Shown in pieces: positions 10,677 through 24,319 of a stretch of 32,000 bases of DNA. The DNA is taken from contig NC_000918.1 of assembly GCF_000008625.1 (NCBI RefSeq), positions 720,001 through 752,000 of the forward strand, written 5' to 3'. The stretch's first letter is position 1. Each line of letters starts with the position of its first letter. This DNA is from Aquifex aeolicus VF5 (GTDB lineage: Bacteria > Aquificota > Aquificia > Aquificales > Aquificaceae). The notes under the pieces were generated by a model. The model did not search any database. It was given only the letters and a program-made list of their open reading frames with translations, and had not been told where the DNA came from. The position numbers and the translations under genes are program-made.

Positions 10677-10703
10677 TTGCAGAATATATTATACTTCAAA
10701 TTT

Positions 10704-11984
10704 ATGAAATATTTAGGACTTTGCACAGACCTCTACGAACTCACCATGGCACAGAGTTACCTCTACGAAGGCAAAACCGGAACCGCTGTATTCTCCCTTT
10801 TTGTAAGGAAACTCCCCGAAAAGAGGAACTTCCTGATATCCGCAGGGCTCGAAACCTTGGTGGAGAGGATAAAGAACTTCAAGTTCGGAGATGAGGAGAT
10901 AAAGTATTTAAAGAGCCTGGGAATTTTTAAAGACGATTTTCTGGACTACCTCAAGGACTTTGAATTTTCTGGAAATGTTTACGCAATTCCCGAGGGAAGG
11001 ATAGTATTCCAAAACGAACCTCTCGTTCAGGTAGAAGCTCCGATTCCCGAAGCCCAACTCCTTGAGACGTTGGTAATAAATACTATACAGTTTGAGACAA
11101 TGATAGCTTCAAAGGCGGTGAGGAGTTATCTCGTGGCTAAAGGGAAGAAGCTCGTTGATTTCGGTTTCAGGCGGGCCCACGGCTTAGAAGCGGGAATCCT
11201 TGCAGCGAGGGCTTCCTACATCGCCGGTTTTGACGGGACTTCAAACGTCGAGGCGGGAAGGGAGTTCGGTATTCCCGTTGTGGGAACTATGGCACACTCC
11301 TACGTGATGATTTTTGACAAGGAAGAAGACGCCTTCAGGGCTTTTGCCAAACTCTACCCCAAGAACGCTATATTCCTGATAGACACCTACGATACCATTG
11401 AGGCGGCAAAAAAGGTCGTAGACCTCGCAAAGGAAGGCGTACCCGTTGTGGGAGTCAGAATTGACAGCGGTGATATAGTGAAGCTTTCCAAGGAAGTGAG
11501 GAAAATTCTGGACGAAAACGGACTGAAAAATGTAAGGATTATAGTGAGCGGTGGCGTTGACGAGTACAAAATCAAGGAATGGTTTGACAGAGGCGCTCCC
11601 ATAGACGCCTTCGGCGTAGGAACGAAGTTCATAACTTCCGCAGATGCCCCATACTTTGACATAGCCTATAAGCTCGTTGAGTACGAAGGAAAACCAAAGT
11701 ACAAACTCAGCCCCGGTAAAAAAACATTCCCATACAAGAGGCAGGTCTACAGGTATTACGAAAACGGAAAGATGAAGTACGACGAGACCGCCAAGTGGGA
11801 GAGCAAAAGGGAAGGAGAACCTCTGGTAGAACTCGTTATGAAAAACGGAAAGCTAATAAAGGAATTGCCTAGCCTGAAGGAAATAAGGGAAGTTGTGATG
11901 TCGGAACTAGAAAAACTCCCCGAAAATTACAAGGACATAACGAAACACTACGAGTACGAAGTAAAGATCTTAGACTGGGAGTAA
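10704..11984 (+). CDS. pncB: Nicotinate phosphoribosyltransferase
   Basis: MKYLGLCTDLYELTMAQSYLYEG..., DFGFRRAHG, GTMAHSYVM, VRIDSGD, VSGGVDE, GVGTKF. The track's TTG 10677 abuts the tRNA-Val 5' end; ATG 10704 is the more likely start. Confidence 0.9.
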   Translation: MKYLGLCTDLYELTMAQSYLYEGKTGTAVFSLFVRKLPEKRNFLISAGLETLVERIKNFKFGDEEIKYLKSLGIFKDDFLDYLKDFEFSGNVYAIPEGRIVFQNEPLVQVEAPIPEAQLLETLVINTIQFETMIASKAVRSYLVAKGKKLVDFGFRRAHGLEAGILAARASYIAGFDGTSNVEAGREFGIPVVGTMAHSYVMIFDKEEDAFRAFAKLYPKNAIFLIDTYDTIEAAKKVVDLAKEGVPVVGVRIDSGDIVKLSKEVRKILDENGLKNVRIIVSGGVDEYKIKEWFDRGAPIDAFGVGTKFITSADAPYFDIAYKLVEYEGKPKYKLSPGKKTFPYKRQVYRYYENGKMKYDETAKWESKREGEPLVELVMKNGKLIKELPSLKEIREVVMSELEKLPENYKDITKHYEYEVKILDWE

Positions 11985-12467
11985 TTCTTCTTTCACAATT
12001 ATCTTTTTATTCTCTTTATCCACTTTGAGGACTATATCCGAGACAAAGGGAACGAGTAAGTTTTCCTTATCGAGAACCAGAGCGTCGTAAGGACCCATAT
12101 CCTGAACCCTTTCAACCTTTCCGAGTTTCTTTCCCTTGTCCGTTTCAACCTCCATTCCCACAAGTTCATAAGCGTAGTACTCCTCTTCTCCTAACTCTGG
12201 CAGTTCTTCCTTGGGAAGGAAAAGCTTAGCCCCTTTAAACTGTTCAACCTCGTCTATTGAATCGTACCCCTTGAACTTTATAATTACCTTGTCGTCAATG
12301 AAGTCCACCCATTCAACCTCAAAGGGAACCCAATCTCCGCCTTTTCTCTTTAAGTAAACCTTTTCAAGGTTTTCAAAGACCTCCGGAGGTGCGTAAGGTC
12401 TCACCTTGAGTTCTCCCTCAAGTCCGAAGGTGTCCAGAACTTTTCCTATTACCACGTACTCCTCCAT
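11970..12467 (-). CDS. rimM: 16S rRNA processing / ribosome maturation factor RimM
   Basis: MEEYVVIGKVLDTFGLEGELKVRPYA... plus PRC-barrel region YYAYELVGMEVETDKGKKLGKVERVQDMGPYDALVL and a KEELLPV C-terminus. Confidence 0.9.
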   Translation of the reverse strand: MEEYVVIGKVLDTFGLEGELKVRPYAPPEVFENLEKVYLKRKGGDWVPFEVEWVDFIDDKVIIKFKGYDSIDEVEQFKGAKLFLPKEELPELGEEEYYAYELVGMEVETDKGKKLGKVERVQDMGPYDALVLDKENLLVPFVSDIVLKVDKENKKIIVKEELLPV

Positions 12468-12495
12468 CAATTTGTAATTTTATCCCTTAAATAAC

Positions 12496-12513
12496 ATACC
12501 GACCGGTCGGTAT
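12496..12513. promoter_or_regulatory. Perfect 18-bp palindrome, candidate TetR-family operator
   Basis: ATACCGACCGGTCGGTAT is its own reverse complement; it lies 9 nt upstream of the TetR-type GTG start and overlaps TATAAT at 12511-12516. Confidence 0.8.
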
Positions 12514-12522
12514 AATAATAGT

Positions 12523-13062
12523 GTGGGAACTAAGGAGAGAATTCTGGAAGTTTCAAAGGAATTGTTCTTTGAAAAGGGATATCAGGGAACGAGTGTTGAG
12601 GAGATCGTAAAGAGGGCGAACCTTTCAAAGGGAGCCTTTTACTTCCACTTCAAAAGTAAGGAAGAATTAATAACCGAAATAATAGAACGAACGCATAAAA
12701 AAATAATTTCCCTGTTTGAAGAAAATAAGGAAAAAACTCCCGAAGAACTTCTGGAAATGTTCCTTGAAGTACTCTACAGGGAGAAGAAAGTAGTTTACAT
12801 ATTCCTCTTTGACCTCCTCTGTTCCGAAAAATTCAGGAATATTTACTTTGAAAAGATAGAGGACGCTAAAAGAAGGTTTGAAAAATTCCTTGAAAAGCAC
12901 TTCCCTTCAAAGGCTGAGATACTCTCCGAAATAATACTCGGTTTCCTCAGGCAATTAATCCTGCACTACGTTATAAAGGAAGAAAGGGAACTCCCATTCC
13001 TAAAGGAAAAACTCAGGGAAGGGTTGAAGTTAATCTTCGAGGGAGTGAAAAAATGTGGATAA
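12523..13062 (+). CDS. TetR/AcrR-family transcriptional regulator
   Basis: N-terminal HTH TKERILEVSKELFFEKGYQGTSVEEIVKRANLSKGAFYFHFKSKEELITEII. Confidence 0.93.
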   Translation: MGTKERILEVSKELFFEKGYQGTSVEEIVKRANLSKGAFYFHFKSKEELITEIIERTHKKIISLFEENKEKTPEELLEMFLEVLYREKKVVYIFLFDLLCSEKFRNIYFEKIEDAKRRFEKFLEKHFPSKAEILSEIILGFLRQLILHYVIKEERELPFLKEKLREGLKLIFEGVKKCG

Positions 13063-14306
13063 TACTGCTCATCCCGACACTTTTATTCTCCTTAGGGCTT
13101 CAGGAACTATGGAAAAGTGCCCTCAAGAAAAATCCCGAAATACTTGCCCAAAAACAGGACATTAGAGCCAAGGAGTATAAACTAAAGGCTACAAAGAACT
13201 TATACTTCCCTCTCTTTGAAGCGCAGTACTCCCGCGCGTGGCTCAGTGAAAAACAAAAGCTTGAGGTATTTCCCTTTTCCTTTGATATGACGAAAAAGAA
13301 TTACGAGAACTACTCAATCTCCCTGAAGGAACTCCTCTACGACTTCGGAAGACGGGAGAAGTTAATAGACATTTCGGTAAAGGAACTAAAAGTGAGTCAA
13401 TATTTTTACGAGGAAAAGAAACAAGAAATTTTGTACAAGGTTGCGGAAAATTACTTTAACGTTCTGAGCGTTAAGGGAAAGATAAGGATTTATGAGGAGG
13501 AATTAAAAGCGGTAAAATCCCAGTACCAACTCGCAAAAGCTTACTACGAAAAAGGACTCGTTGCGATAACGGACCTTCTTCAGGCAAAGGTTCGCATACA
13601 CGAAGTTAAGGAAAAAATAAGAAAAGAAAAGGGAAATCTTGAAACGCTACTCGTGAACCTCTCAAACCTCACGGGAATAGAGAAAGAAAAATTAAGGAAT
13701 ATTCAAGAAATTGAAGGAATTCCTGAAATCAAAGATCTCAGTTATTACCTGAAAACGGCGTACGAAAGGAGGGGAATTTTAAAGGCTCAAAAGGAAAAGG
13801 TAAAAATACTTGAGAACCTTGCAAGGATAAAAGCCCTTGAGTATGCGCCACAAATTTTCGGAGGTTTAACTTACTACTACACCAACCAGAATCCAAACGT
13901 AGAACCAAAAGGTTTATTCAGTTATTACGTGGGAGCTACCCTTTCATTCCAAACTCTAAAACCCTACTACGAACACCTTTCCCTGAAGAGGGAAAAAATA
14001 AAAGCTTTAAAGGAGCTTGAAAGTCTGGAAAACTCAATAAAACTCCAAGTAAAGAGTGCTTATGAGGATGTTTTAACCGCTAAAGAAAACCTGAAAACCG
14101 CAAAAGAGAGACTCAAGTTTGCAAAAAAGTACTACGAACTCGCTTTGGAACAGTACAAAAATCAATTAATATCCCAGACGGACCTCCTTATAGCGGAAGC
14201 CACCTTAACGAGTGCAAAGGAAGCCCTCCTGATAGCGAAAAACGAACTCTGGAAGGCTTATTACAGACTCCTTTGGGCTTCTTCCCTTCTGGAGGTTGAA
14301 AGATGA
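13053..14306 (+). CDS. TolC-like outer membrane efflux protein
   Basis: Signal-like N-terminus, repeated coiled-coil architecture (…SAYEDVLTAKENLKTAKERLKFAKKYYELALEQYKNQLISQTDLLIAEATLTSAKEALLIAKNELWKAYYRL). Confidence 0.85.
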   Translation: MWIILLIPTLLFSLGLQELWKSALKKNPEILAQKQDIRAKEYKLKATKNLYFPLFEAQYSRAWLSEKQKLEVFPFSFDMTKKNYENYSISLKELLYDFGRREKLIDISVKELKVSQYFYEEKKQEILYKVAENYFNVLSVKGKIRIYEEELKAVKSQYQLAKAYYEKGLVAITDLLQAKVRIHEVKEKIRKEKGNLETLLVNLSNLTGIEKEKLRNIQEIEGIPEIKDLSYYLKTAYERRGILKAQKEKVKILENLARIKALEYAPQIFGGLTYYYTNQNPNVEPKGLFSYYVGATLSFQTLKPYYEHLSLKREKIKALKELESLENSIKLQVKSAYEDVLTAKENLKTAKERLKFAKKYYELALEQYKNQLISQTDLLIAEATLTSAKEALLIAKNELWKAYYRLLWASSLLEVER

Positions 14307-15423
14307 AAAAGTACATAGGCGTTTTTACGGTTGTGGCTTTAATTGTGGGCTTTGGGATTTACGCCTTTTTCTTCATAAAACACAGAATTGAGTATGCCAT
14401 AACAAACGCAGTCTTCGTTAAGGCGGACGAGCTTTCTTATCTGTCCTTCAGAGTAAGCGGAAAGGTTATTGAAGTTTACAAAGACCTCGGAGATTACGTA
14501 AAAAGGGGGGAAGCCCTTGCAAAACTGGATCCGACTTATTACGAACTTGAGAAAAGAACACTTGAGAAAAAAATGAGCGCCCTCCTTGAAAAGAAAAAAG
14601 CCCTTGAGATAAAAATTCAGAAGCTGGAAAAGGGACTTCATATAAGCCTGAGTGCTAAAAAACTAAAAGTTGAGAGTTTAAAAAAGAAAAGGGAAGCCCT
14701 ACGGGAAAAACTCCTTCAAGTGGAAGAGAAAATAAAACTCGTTAAACTTGACTGGGAACGCTACAAATCCCTCTTCCAAAAAGGACTTATCCCGAGAAGG
14801 AAGTTTGAAGAAGTAGACACGAACCTGAAAGTTTTACTTCACGAGAGGGAATACCTTGAAAAGAGCATACAGGAAATTAATACGGAGATAAAAAGGGCAA
14901 AGAAAGGCATTGAAAATGCAAGGAATGAGTTTAAAACAATAGAGGAACTAAAAAAGGAACTCTCCTCCCTTGAGGAAGAAATAAAGAGCCTGAAAGAGAG
15001 GATAAAAACCGCAGAGCAGAAGATAAAAGACACGGTTTTGATTGCACCTTTTGACGGAGTAGTTGCAAAGAGGTTCATAAGCAGGGGAGACGTTGTTAGG
15101 GCGGGACAGCCGGCCTTTGCCCTTGTAAACCCTGAAAGCTTTTACGTAGAGGTTTTACTCGAAGAGACGAAACTCAAAGGCGTGAAGGTGGGAAATAAAG
15201 CTTACGTGAGACTTGACGCTTACCCTGACATCCTTTTTGAAGGAGTTGTTGAGGAGATTTCCCCCGCTTCCGCAGCGACTTTTGCCTTAGTCCCCAGAGA
15301 TGTATCCGCGGGAGAATTCACAAAAGTTGTTCAGAGGATACCCGTAAAGATAAAGATTACGAAAGGGGATTTAAGCCTTCTGAGAGTGGGAATGGGCGGT
15401 GAGGTTGAGATAAGGAGAACGAG

Positions 15424-15427
<4 letters not shown>
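14303..15427 (+). CDS. emrA: HlyD/EmrA-family membrane fusion protein
   Basis: Single N-terminal TM, SFRVSGKVIEVYKDLGDYVKRGEALAKLDPTYYE lipoyl-like half-motif, long coiled coil, APFDGVVAKRFISRGDVVRAGQPAFALVNPES. Confidence 0.88.
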
Positions 15428-17993
<2,566 letters not shown>

Positions 17994-18024
17994 TTATACT
18001 CGTGGAACTATTTTATATAAACTT

Positions 18025-18942
18025 ATGAAGATACTCGTAATCGGAGGACCTACAGCGATAGGAAAGTCAGACCTCGCATGTTGTGTAGCACAAAAGCTGA
18101 ACGGTGAAATCATAAGTGCGGATAGTATGGCGGTTTACAAGTTCATGGACATAGGAACAGCAAAACCTCTTGAGTGTATGAAAAAAGTTCCCCACCACCT
18201 CATAGACGTAGTAGAGCCGGGCGGATACTTTGACGCAAAGATTTTTGAGGAAATGGCAAAAGAAAAGATAGAAGAGATAAAAAGAAAGGGAAAAGTCCCC
18301 ATAGTCGTGGGAGGGACTTATCTCTACATTCAGGCACTCCTTTACGGGATAGACGAGACTCCAAAACCCGACTGGAATTTAAGAAATAAACTCTACGAAA
18401 TAGCCAGAAAAAAGGGAAACGATTACCTTTATGAAAAGTTAAAAGCCATAGACCCAAAATACGCAAAAAAAATACACAAAAACGATTTAAGGAGAATAGT
18501 GAGAGCTCTGGAAGTTTTCATAAACACGGGAAAACCCTTTTCCTCCTTCCACTCTTGGAACAAACCTAAAATGGACTTTGTAGGGATATACCTGAAGAGA
18601 AGTCCCGAAAGTTTATACAAAAGAATAGAAAACAGAGTTTACGACATGGTAAAGGACGGACTCCTTGAAGAGGTTAAAAAGTTATTAGAAATGGGATACG
18701 AGAACTTCCTGACTTCCGGGCAGGCTATAGATTACAAGGAATTTGTTCCCTGTGCAAAAGGGGAGAAGAGTTTAGAAGAGTGTATAAAAGAGGCGATAAA
18801 AAACACAAAGAAACAGGCAAAGAGGCAGATAAGATGGTTCAGAAAACAAGGCTGGCACGAAATAGACCTTGACAAACTGAGTATTGAAGAAGCGTGCGAA
18901 GAAGTTGTGAGGATTTATAAAGATGCAAATAAAACTAAGTGA
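18025..18942 (+). CDS. miaA: tRNA dimethylallyltransferase
   Basis: MKILVIGGPTAIGKSDLA, GEIISADSMAVYKFMDIGTAKP, VPHHLIDVVEP, VGGTYLYIQALLYG. True start ATG 18025; the track start 17878 extends into gapA. Confidence 0.95.
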   Translation: MKILVIGGPTAIGKSDLACCVAQKLNGEIISADSMAVYKFMDIGTAKPLECMKKVPHHLIDVVEPGGYFDAKIFEEMAKEKIEEIKRKGKVPIVVGGTYLYIQALLYGIDETPKPDWNLRNKLYEIARKKGNDYLYEKLKAIDPKYAKKIHKNDLRRIVRALEVFINTGKPFSSFHSWNKPKMDFVGIYLKRSPESLYKRIENRVYDMVKDGLLEEVKKLLEMGYENFLTSGQAIDYKEFVPCAKGEKSLEECIKEAIKNTKKQAKRQIRWFRKQGWHEIDLDKLSIEEACEEVVRIYKDANKTK

Positions 18943-19195
18943 ACACTTTTGGTATAGATGGGATAAGAGAAAGGATTTTATGCTGAAGGAAGGCATAACA
19001 CCAGAGAAGATAATAGAATTTGTATTAAATCCCGATTTAACTTTTCCTGACCCTATTTATCCAAATAGAGAATGGTGAATTAAGAAGGTAGGAAGTAGGT
19101 GTCTTAGAATTGTAATTGAATTAAAAGAAGATAAATTAGAAGTTGTAACTGCATTTTTTGATAGAACTCTCAGGAGGAAAGGACTATGCGAATAA
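18923..19195 (+). pseudogene. DUF4258-like small ORF with in-frame TGA at 19076-19078
   Basis: ATG 18923 lies in the miaA tail: MQIKLSEHFWYRWDKRKDFMLKEGITPEKIIEFVLNPDLTFPDPIYPNREW-(TGA)-IKKVGSRCLRIVIELKEDKLEVVTAFFDRTLRRKGLCE*. The same frame continues after the TGA with protein-like sequence. Confidence 0.65.
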
Positions 19196-19386
19196 AGTAT
19201 TTTCCCGATACTGACACACTTATTATAGATATAAAGGAAGAACCTATAGCGGAGAGTGAATATCTTGAAGATTTAGGAGTTATAATTGACTACAATGAGA
19301 AGAACGAAATAGTGGGCTTTGAAATACTAAACTGGTCCAAATTCCAAAAAGAAGGAAAGGAACTCAAGCTTCCCGTTTATATTTAA
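19186..19386 (+). CDS. DUF2283-like small protein
   Basis: MRIKYFPDTDTLIIDIKEEPIAESEYLEDLGVIIDYNEKNEIVGFEILNWSK; SD-like AGGAGGAAAGG upstream; overlaps the preceding ORF. Confidence 0.8.
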   Translation: MRIKYFPDTDTLIIDIKEEPIAESEYLEDLGVIIDYNEKNEIVGFEILNWSKFQKEGKELKLPVYI

Positions 19387-19452
19387 TGATGATATTTACC
19401 ATATCGCATATAAGAATAATTGAATAAATTCTCATAAAAGGAGGTGTGAAGT

Positions 19453-19749
19453 ATGGCTGAGGAAAAGAAGGAGCAAGTTCAAGAAACTAAGATGCCGACA
19501 AGAGAAGAGATTGAAAAGGTTCTGGACGAAATTAGACCCGCTCTCAGGTTTGACGGCGGTGACGTTGAACTTGTAGACGTTCAAGAGGACGGAACCGTGC
19601 TCGTTAGACTTGTCGGAGCGTGCTCAGGTTGTGGTATGTCAGTATTGACCCTGAAGGCTGGAATTGAGAGGGTATTAAAGCAAAGATTCCCTCAGATAAA
19701 AGAAGTAAAAGACGTGAATATGGACATACCCATGACTTTTGGCTTTTAA
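19453..19749 (+). CDS. NifU-like Fe-S scaffold domain protein (NFU type)
   Basis: [63 protein letters not shown] contains the CSGCGMS CxxC motif; AAAGGAGGTG SD. Confidence 0.95.
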   Translation: MAEEKKEQVQETKMPTREEIEKVLDEIRPALRFDGGDVELVDVQEDGTVLVRLVGACSGCGMSVLTLKAGIERVLKQRFPQIKEVKDVNMDIPMTFGF

Positions 19750-21233
19750 GCCCCTTCCCTTTTCTTCCACTTCGTTCCCGCAGGAGTATCTTCCAAGACA
19801 ATTCCGAGTTCCTTTAATTTGTCCCTTATGTAGTCTGCAACTTTAAACACCTTTTCCTTTCTGGCTATATTTCTGGCTTCTATGAGTATCTGTATTAATT
19901 TCTCGTCAAAAACCTGACCCGCTTCCAGTTCCCTTTCAACCACTCTCTCAACCTTGCACTCCGGATATAAATCCTCAAGGAGTCCGAAAATCTTTTTCAT
20001 GGTGTTTAAGAGAGATTTTGACGCAAACTCGTATGCGGAGAGTTCCCTGTCCGTTATCTTTCCTTCGGAGTAAGCCTTGTTCTTTACCTTGTTCAGTTCT
20101 CCTACGAGCTTGTAGACGTGGGAAAGTGCCTCAGGGGTGTTGAAGTCGTCGCTCAGGGAAGCGTAAAAGTTCTCCTCAAACTCCTTAACTTGCTCGTAAA
20201 GGGGGTGAGTTCCTCCCTCTTTGCTTTCAACCACCTGTAGTTTTTTAAGTAGTTCAAGGTCTTCTATGGCGTTCTTCAGTCTCTCGTAAGCCTTAAGAGT
20301 CTCTTCCATCTTTTCCCATGAGAAGTCAAGGGGACTCCTGTAATGGGTAAAGAGAACCAGGAGTCTCAACACATCTGGGTGATACTTTGTGTAAACTTCC
20401 CTCAGGGTTACGTAATTTCCGAGGGATTTTGACATTTTCTGACCGCCTACGGTAACGAGTCCGTTGTGCATCCAGTATCTTGCAAAGGGTTTCCCCGTTA
20501 TCGCTTCCGCCTGAGCTATCTCGTTCTCGTGATGTGGGAACACGAGGTCAAGTCCTCCGCCGTGAATGTCTATGGTCTCTCCGAGGTGCTTAAACACCAT
20601 CGCCACGCACTCGGTGTGCCATCCCGGTCTTCCCTTTCCCCAGGGTGAATCCCAGGCGGGTTCTCCCGCCTTTGAAGCCTTCCAGAGGGCAAAGTCTAAG
20701 GGGTCCCTCTTCTTTTCGGAAGGCTCAACCCTTGCACCTGCAATTAGTTCCTCTATATCCCTCTTTGAAAGCTTTCCGTAGTCCTTGAATTTCTTGACAG
20801 AAAAGTAAACGTCTCCTTCCACTACGTAAGCGTATCCCTTTTCAACGAGTTTCTGGATAACTTCTATAATCTCGGGTATGTGCTCGGTTACCCTCGGCTC
20901 TACGTCCGCGGGTCTCACCCTTATGTTTTCCATGTCTACGTAATACCGTGCTATGTATCTGTCCGCTATCGTCATAAAGTCCGTGCATTCCTGCTTTGCC
21001 CTGTTTATTATCTTGTCGTCAACGTCCGTAAAGTTCCTTACGAACTTTACCTGATATCCTAAATGTTCCAGAAACCTCCTGAAAACGTCAAAGACTATTA
21101 AGCTCCTTCCGTGTCCTACGTGAGAGTCGTCGTAAACGGTTACACCGCAGGTGTATATTAGAACTTTAGGGGGATTTATGGGAACGAACTCCTCAACTTT
21201 TCCGGAAAGTGTGTTATATATCCTCAAGCTCAT
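19746..21233 (-). CDS. cysS: Cysteinyl-tRNA synthetase
   Basis: [18 protein letters not shown] (HIGH-type), [31 protein letters not shown] (KMSKS). Confidence 0.97.
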   Translation of the reverse strand: MSLRIYNTLSGKVEEFVPINPPKVLIYTCGVTVYDDSHVGHGRSLIVFDVFRRFLEHLGYQVKFVRNFTDVDDKIINRAKQECTDFMTIADRYIARYYVDMENIRVRPADVEPRVTEHIPEIIEVIQKLVEKGYAYVVEGDVYFSVKKFKDYGKLSKRDIEELIAGARVEPSEKKRDPLDFALWKASKAGEPAWDSPWGKGRPGWHTECVAMVFKHLGETIDIHGGGLDLVFPHHENEIAQAEAITGKPFARYWMHNGLVTVGGQKMSKSLGNYVTLREVYTKYHPDVLRLLVLFTHYRSPLDFSWEKMEETLKAYERLKNAIEDLELLKKLQVVESKEGGTHPLYEQVKEFEENFYASLSDDFNTPEALSHVYKLVGELNKVKNKAYSEGKITDRELSAYEFASKSLLNTMKKIFGLLEDLYPECKVERVVERELEAGQVFDEKLIQILIEARNIARKEKVFKVADYIRDKLKELGIVLEDTPAGTKWKKREGA

Positions 21234-21237
21234 AGTT

Positions 21238-22227
<990 letters not shown>

Positions 22228-22237
22228 TTATATTCTC

Positions 22238-22948
22238 ATGTTCAAAGTAGGAAAGGTTTCTTATTTGAACACGCTTCCTCTTTTTTACTCCCTTGAAGGT
22301 TTTGAAGTCGTGGAAGGTGTACCTTCAGAGCTTGTTGAAAAATTGAGAAGAGGAGAAATACATGCGGGAATAGTTTCCTCCGTTGAGTACTTCTTCAACC
22401 CTCAGGATTACTTTATACTTTCCGGCATTTCCATATCCTCAAGGGGTTCGGTTTGCTCTGTAAAACTCTTCTCAAACGAGCCGATGGAAAAGATAAGGGA
22501 AGTGAACATTACAAAAGCTTCACTAACTTCAAGGGAACTTCTCTTTTACCTCTTTGAAAAGAAGTTTGGTTTTGTGCCGAAAGAGAGTGAAGAAGCACAG
22601 GCAAAACTCCTTATCGGTGATGAAGCGATGGAACAAAAGGGATATAAATTCGTTTACGACCTCGGAGAGGAGTGGTTCAAACTCCACGGACTTCCTTTTG
22701 TTTTTGCTCTATTTCTCGTAAAGAGGGATGCGGACATAAGTAAAGCAAAGTTCTTAAAAAAAGAAATTAAGAAAAGTGTTAAAAACTTCTTTGAGGAAGG
22801 GATTAAAAATATTAAGAATAAAGAATACTTTAAAAACTGTTTAGATTACTCCTTAGGAGGAGAACATATAAAGTCTTTAATAAATTTTTACGCTTATCTC
22901 TCAAGGAAGTTTAAAAAGCAAGTACCGAAGTTAAAGTTCGTGCTTTAG
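22238..22948 (+). CDS. mqnA: Chorismate dehydratase (futalosine menaquinone pathway)
   Basis: MFKVGKVSYLNTLPLFYSLEGFEVVEGVPSELVEKLRRGEIHAGIVSSVEYF is characteristic of MqnA; ATG 22238 preferred over track start 22202. Confidence 0.88.
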   Translation: MFKVGKVSYLNTLPLFYSLEGFEVVEGVPSELVEKLRRGEIHAGIVSSVEYFFNPQDYFILSGISISSRGSVCSVKLFSNEPMEKIREVNITKASLTSRELLFYLFEKKFGFVPKESEEAQAKLLIGDEAMEQKGYKFVYDLGEEWFKLHGLPFVFALFLVKRDADISKAKFLKKEIKKSVKNFFEEGIKNIKNKEYFKNCLDYSLGGEHIKSLINFYAYLSRKFKKQVPKLKFVL

Positions 22949-22978
22949 TGTGAGTAACATCTGTATATATTAAAACTT

Positions 22979-24310
22979 ATGACTGCGGTAAGCCAAGAAA
23001 TAATGAACTACATAGAGGAGAAAGTAAACAGGGCAAGAAGCGTTCTGAGAGAACTCACTTCCCTCAAAACTTCCGTAAAGAACGAAACCCTCTTAAAAGT
23101 AGCAGAACTAATAGATAAAAACAGGGATTACATAAAGGAAGAAAACAGGAAGGACGTAGAAAAGGCAAAGGAAATGGGATTGAGACCTGCAGTTGTAGAC
23201 AGGTTGGTTCTCAACGACAAGAGAATAGACGGAATGGTAAAAGTACTCAAAGACGTTGCCTCCTTACCTGATCCTGTAGGTGAGATTATAAAAATGTGGA
23301 ATCTCCCTAACGGTCTGAAAGTGGGAAGGATGAGAGTTCCCTTGGGAGTGATATTCATCGTTTACGAGTCAAGGCCGAACGTCACTATAGAAGCCTCATC
23401 CCTTTGTATGAAGTCCTCAAACGCAGTTATCCTGAGAGGAGGCAAAGAAGCCATAAACTCTAACAAAGCACTCGTTAACCTAATAAAGGAAGCGTGCAGG
23501 GAAACGGGATTTCCCGAAGATGCTGTTCAGTTCATAGACAGATCCGAGAGGGAAATAGTGTGGGAAATCCTGAAGATGGAGGGCAAAATAGACGTTGCCA
23601 TTCCGAGGGGAGGGGAAAGCTTGATAAGGGCTGTTGTTGAACACGCAAAAGTTCCCGTCATTAAACACTACAAGGGTGTTTGCAACATTTACGTTGACGA
23701 CGAGGCTGACCTTGAAAAGGCTTACCACATAGTTTACAACGCAAAGGTTCAAAGGCCTTCCGTCTGCAACGCTGTTGAGAACCTAGTAATAAACAGAAAA
23801 ATACTGAAAGAGTTCTTCCCGAAGATGGCTTACTACCTCGGAAAGGCGGGTGTGGAACTCAGGTGTGATGAAGAAAGCCTGCAGGTTATAAAGGAAAACC
23901 CGAAACTCTCCTTTGTTAACGCAAAACCTGCAACTGAAGAGGATTACTACGAGGAGTTCTTAGACTTAATACTCGCCGTGAAGGTGGTAGACGATGTTGA
24001 CGAAGCGATAGCTTTCATAGAAAAGTACGGCTCAAAACACTCGGATGCGATAATCACGGAAAACTACACAAAGGCTATGAAGTTCTTAAGGGAAGTGGAC
24101 TCCGCCGCCGTTTACGTTAACGCGTCCACGAGATTTACCGACGGAAACGAGTTCGGACTCGGAGCGGAAATGGGGATCTCAACGGACAAGATCCATGCAA
24201 GGGGGCCCATGGCACTCGAAGAGCTGACCATACCGAAGTTCGTAATACTCGGAGAAGGGCAGGTGAGGGACAACTTCGGTGTTCCCGAAGAGTGGATGAA
24301 GGAGTTTTAA
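22979..24310 (+). CDS. proA: Gamma-glutamyl phosphate reductase
   Basis: VPLGVIFIVYESRPNVTIEASSLCMKSSNAVILRGGKEA, YVNASTRFTDGNEFGLGAEMGISTDKIHARGPM. Confidence 0.97.
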   Translation: MTAVSQEIMNYIEEKVNRARSVLRELTSLKTSVKNETLLKVAELIDKNRDYIKEENRKDVEKAKEMGLRPAVVDRLVLNDKRIDGMVKVLKDVASLPDPVGEIIKMWNLPNGLKVGRMRVPLGVIFIVYESRPNVTIEASSLCMKSSNAVILRGGKEAINSNKALVNLIKEACRETGFPEDAVQFIDRSEREIVWEILKMEGKIDVAIPRGGESLIRAVVEHAKVPVIKHYKGVCNIYVDDEADLEKAYHIVYNAKVQRPSVCNAVENLVINRKILKEFFPKMAYYLGKAGVELRCDEESLQVIKENPKLSFVNAKPATEEDYYEEFLDLILAVKVVDDVDEAIAFIEKYGSKHSDAIITENYTKAMKFLREVDSAAVYVNASTRFTDGNEFGLGAEMGISTDKIHARGPMALEELTIPKFVILGEGQVRDNFGVPEEWMKEF

Positions 24311-24319
24311 AGGAGGCTT

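Noticed and set aside
10619-10894. Minus-strand 91-aa ORF MNPRPPACRAGALPTELR...
   Set aside because: Start region is the complement of tRNA sequence; a classic spurious tRNA-derived ORF.
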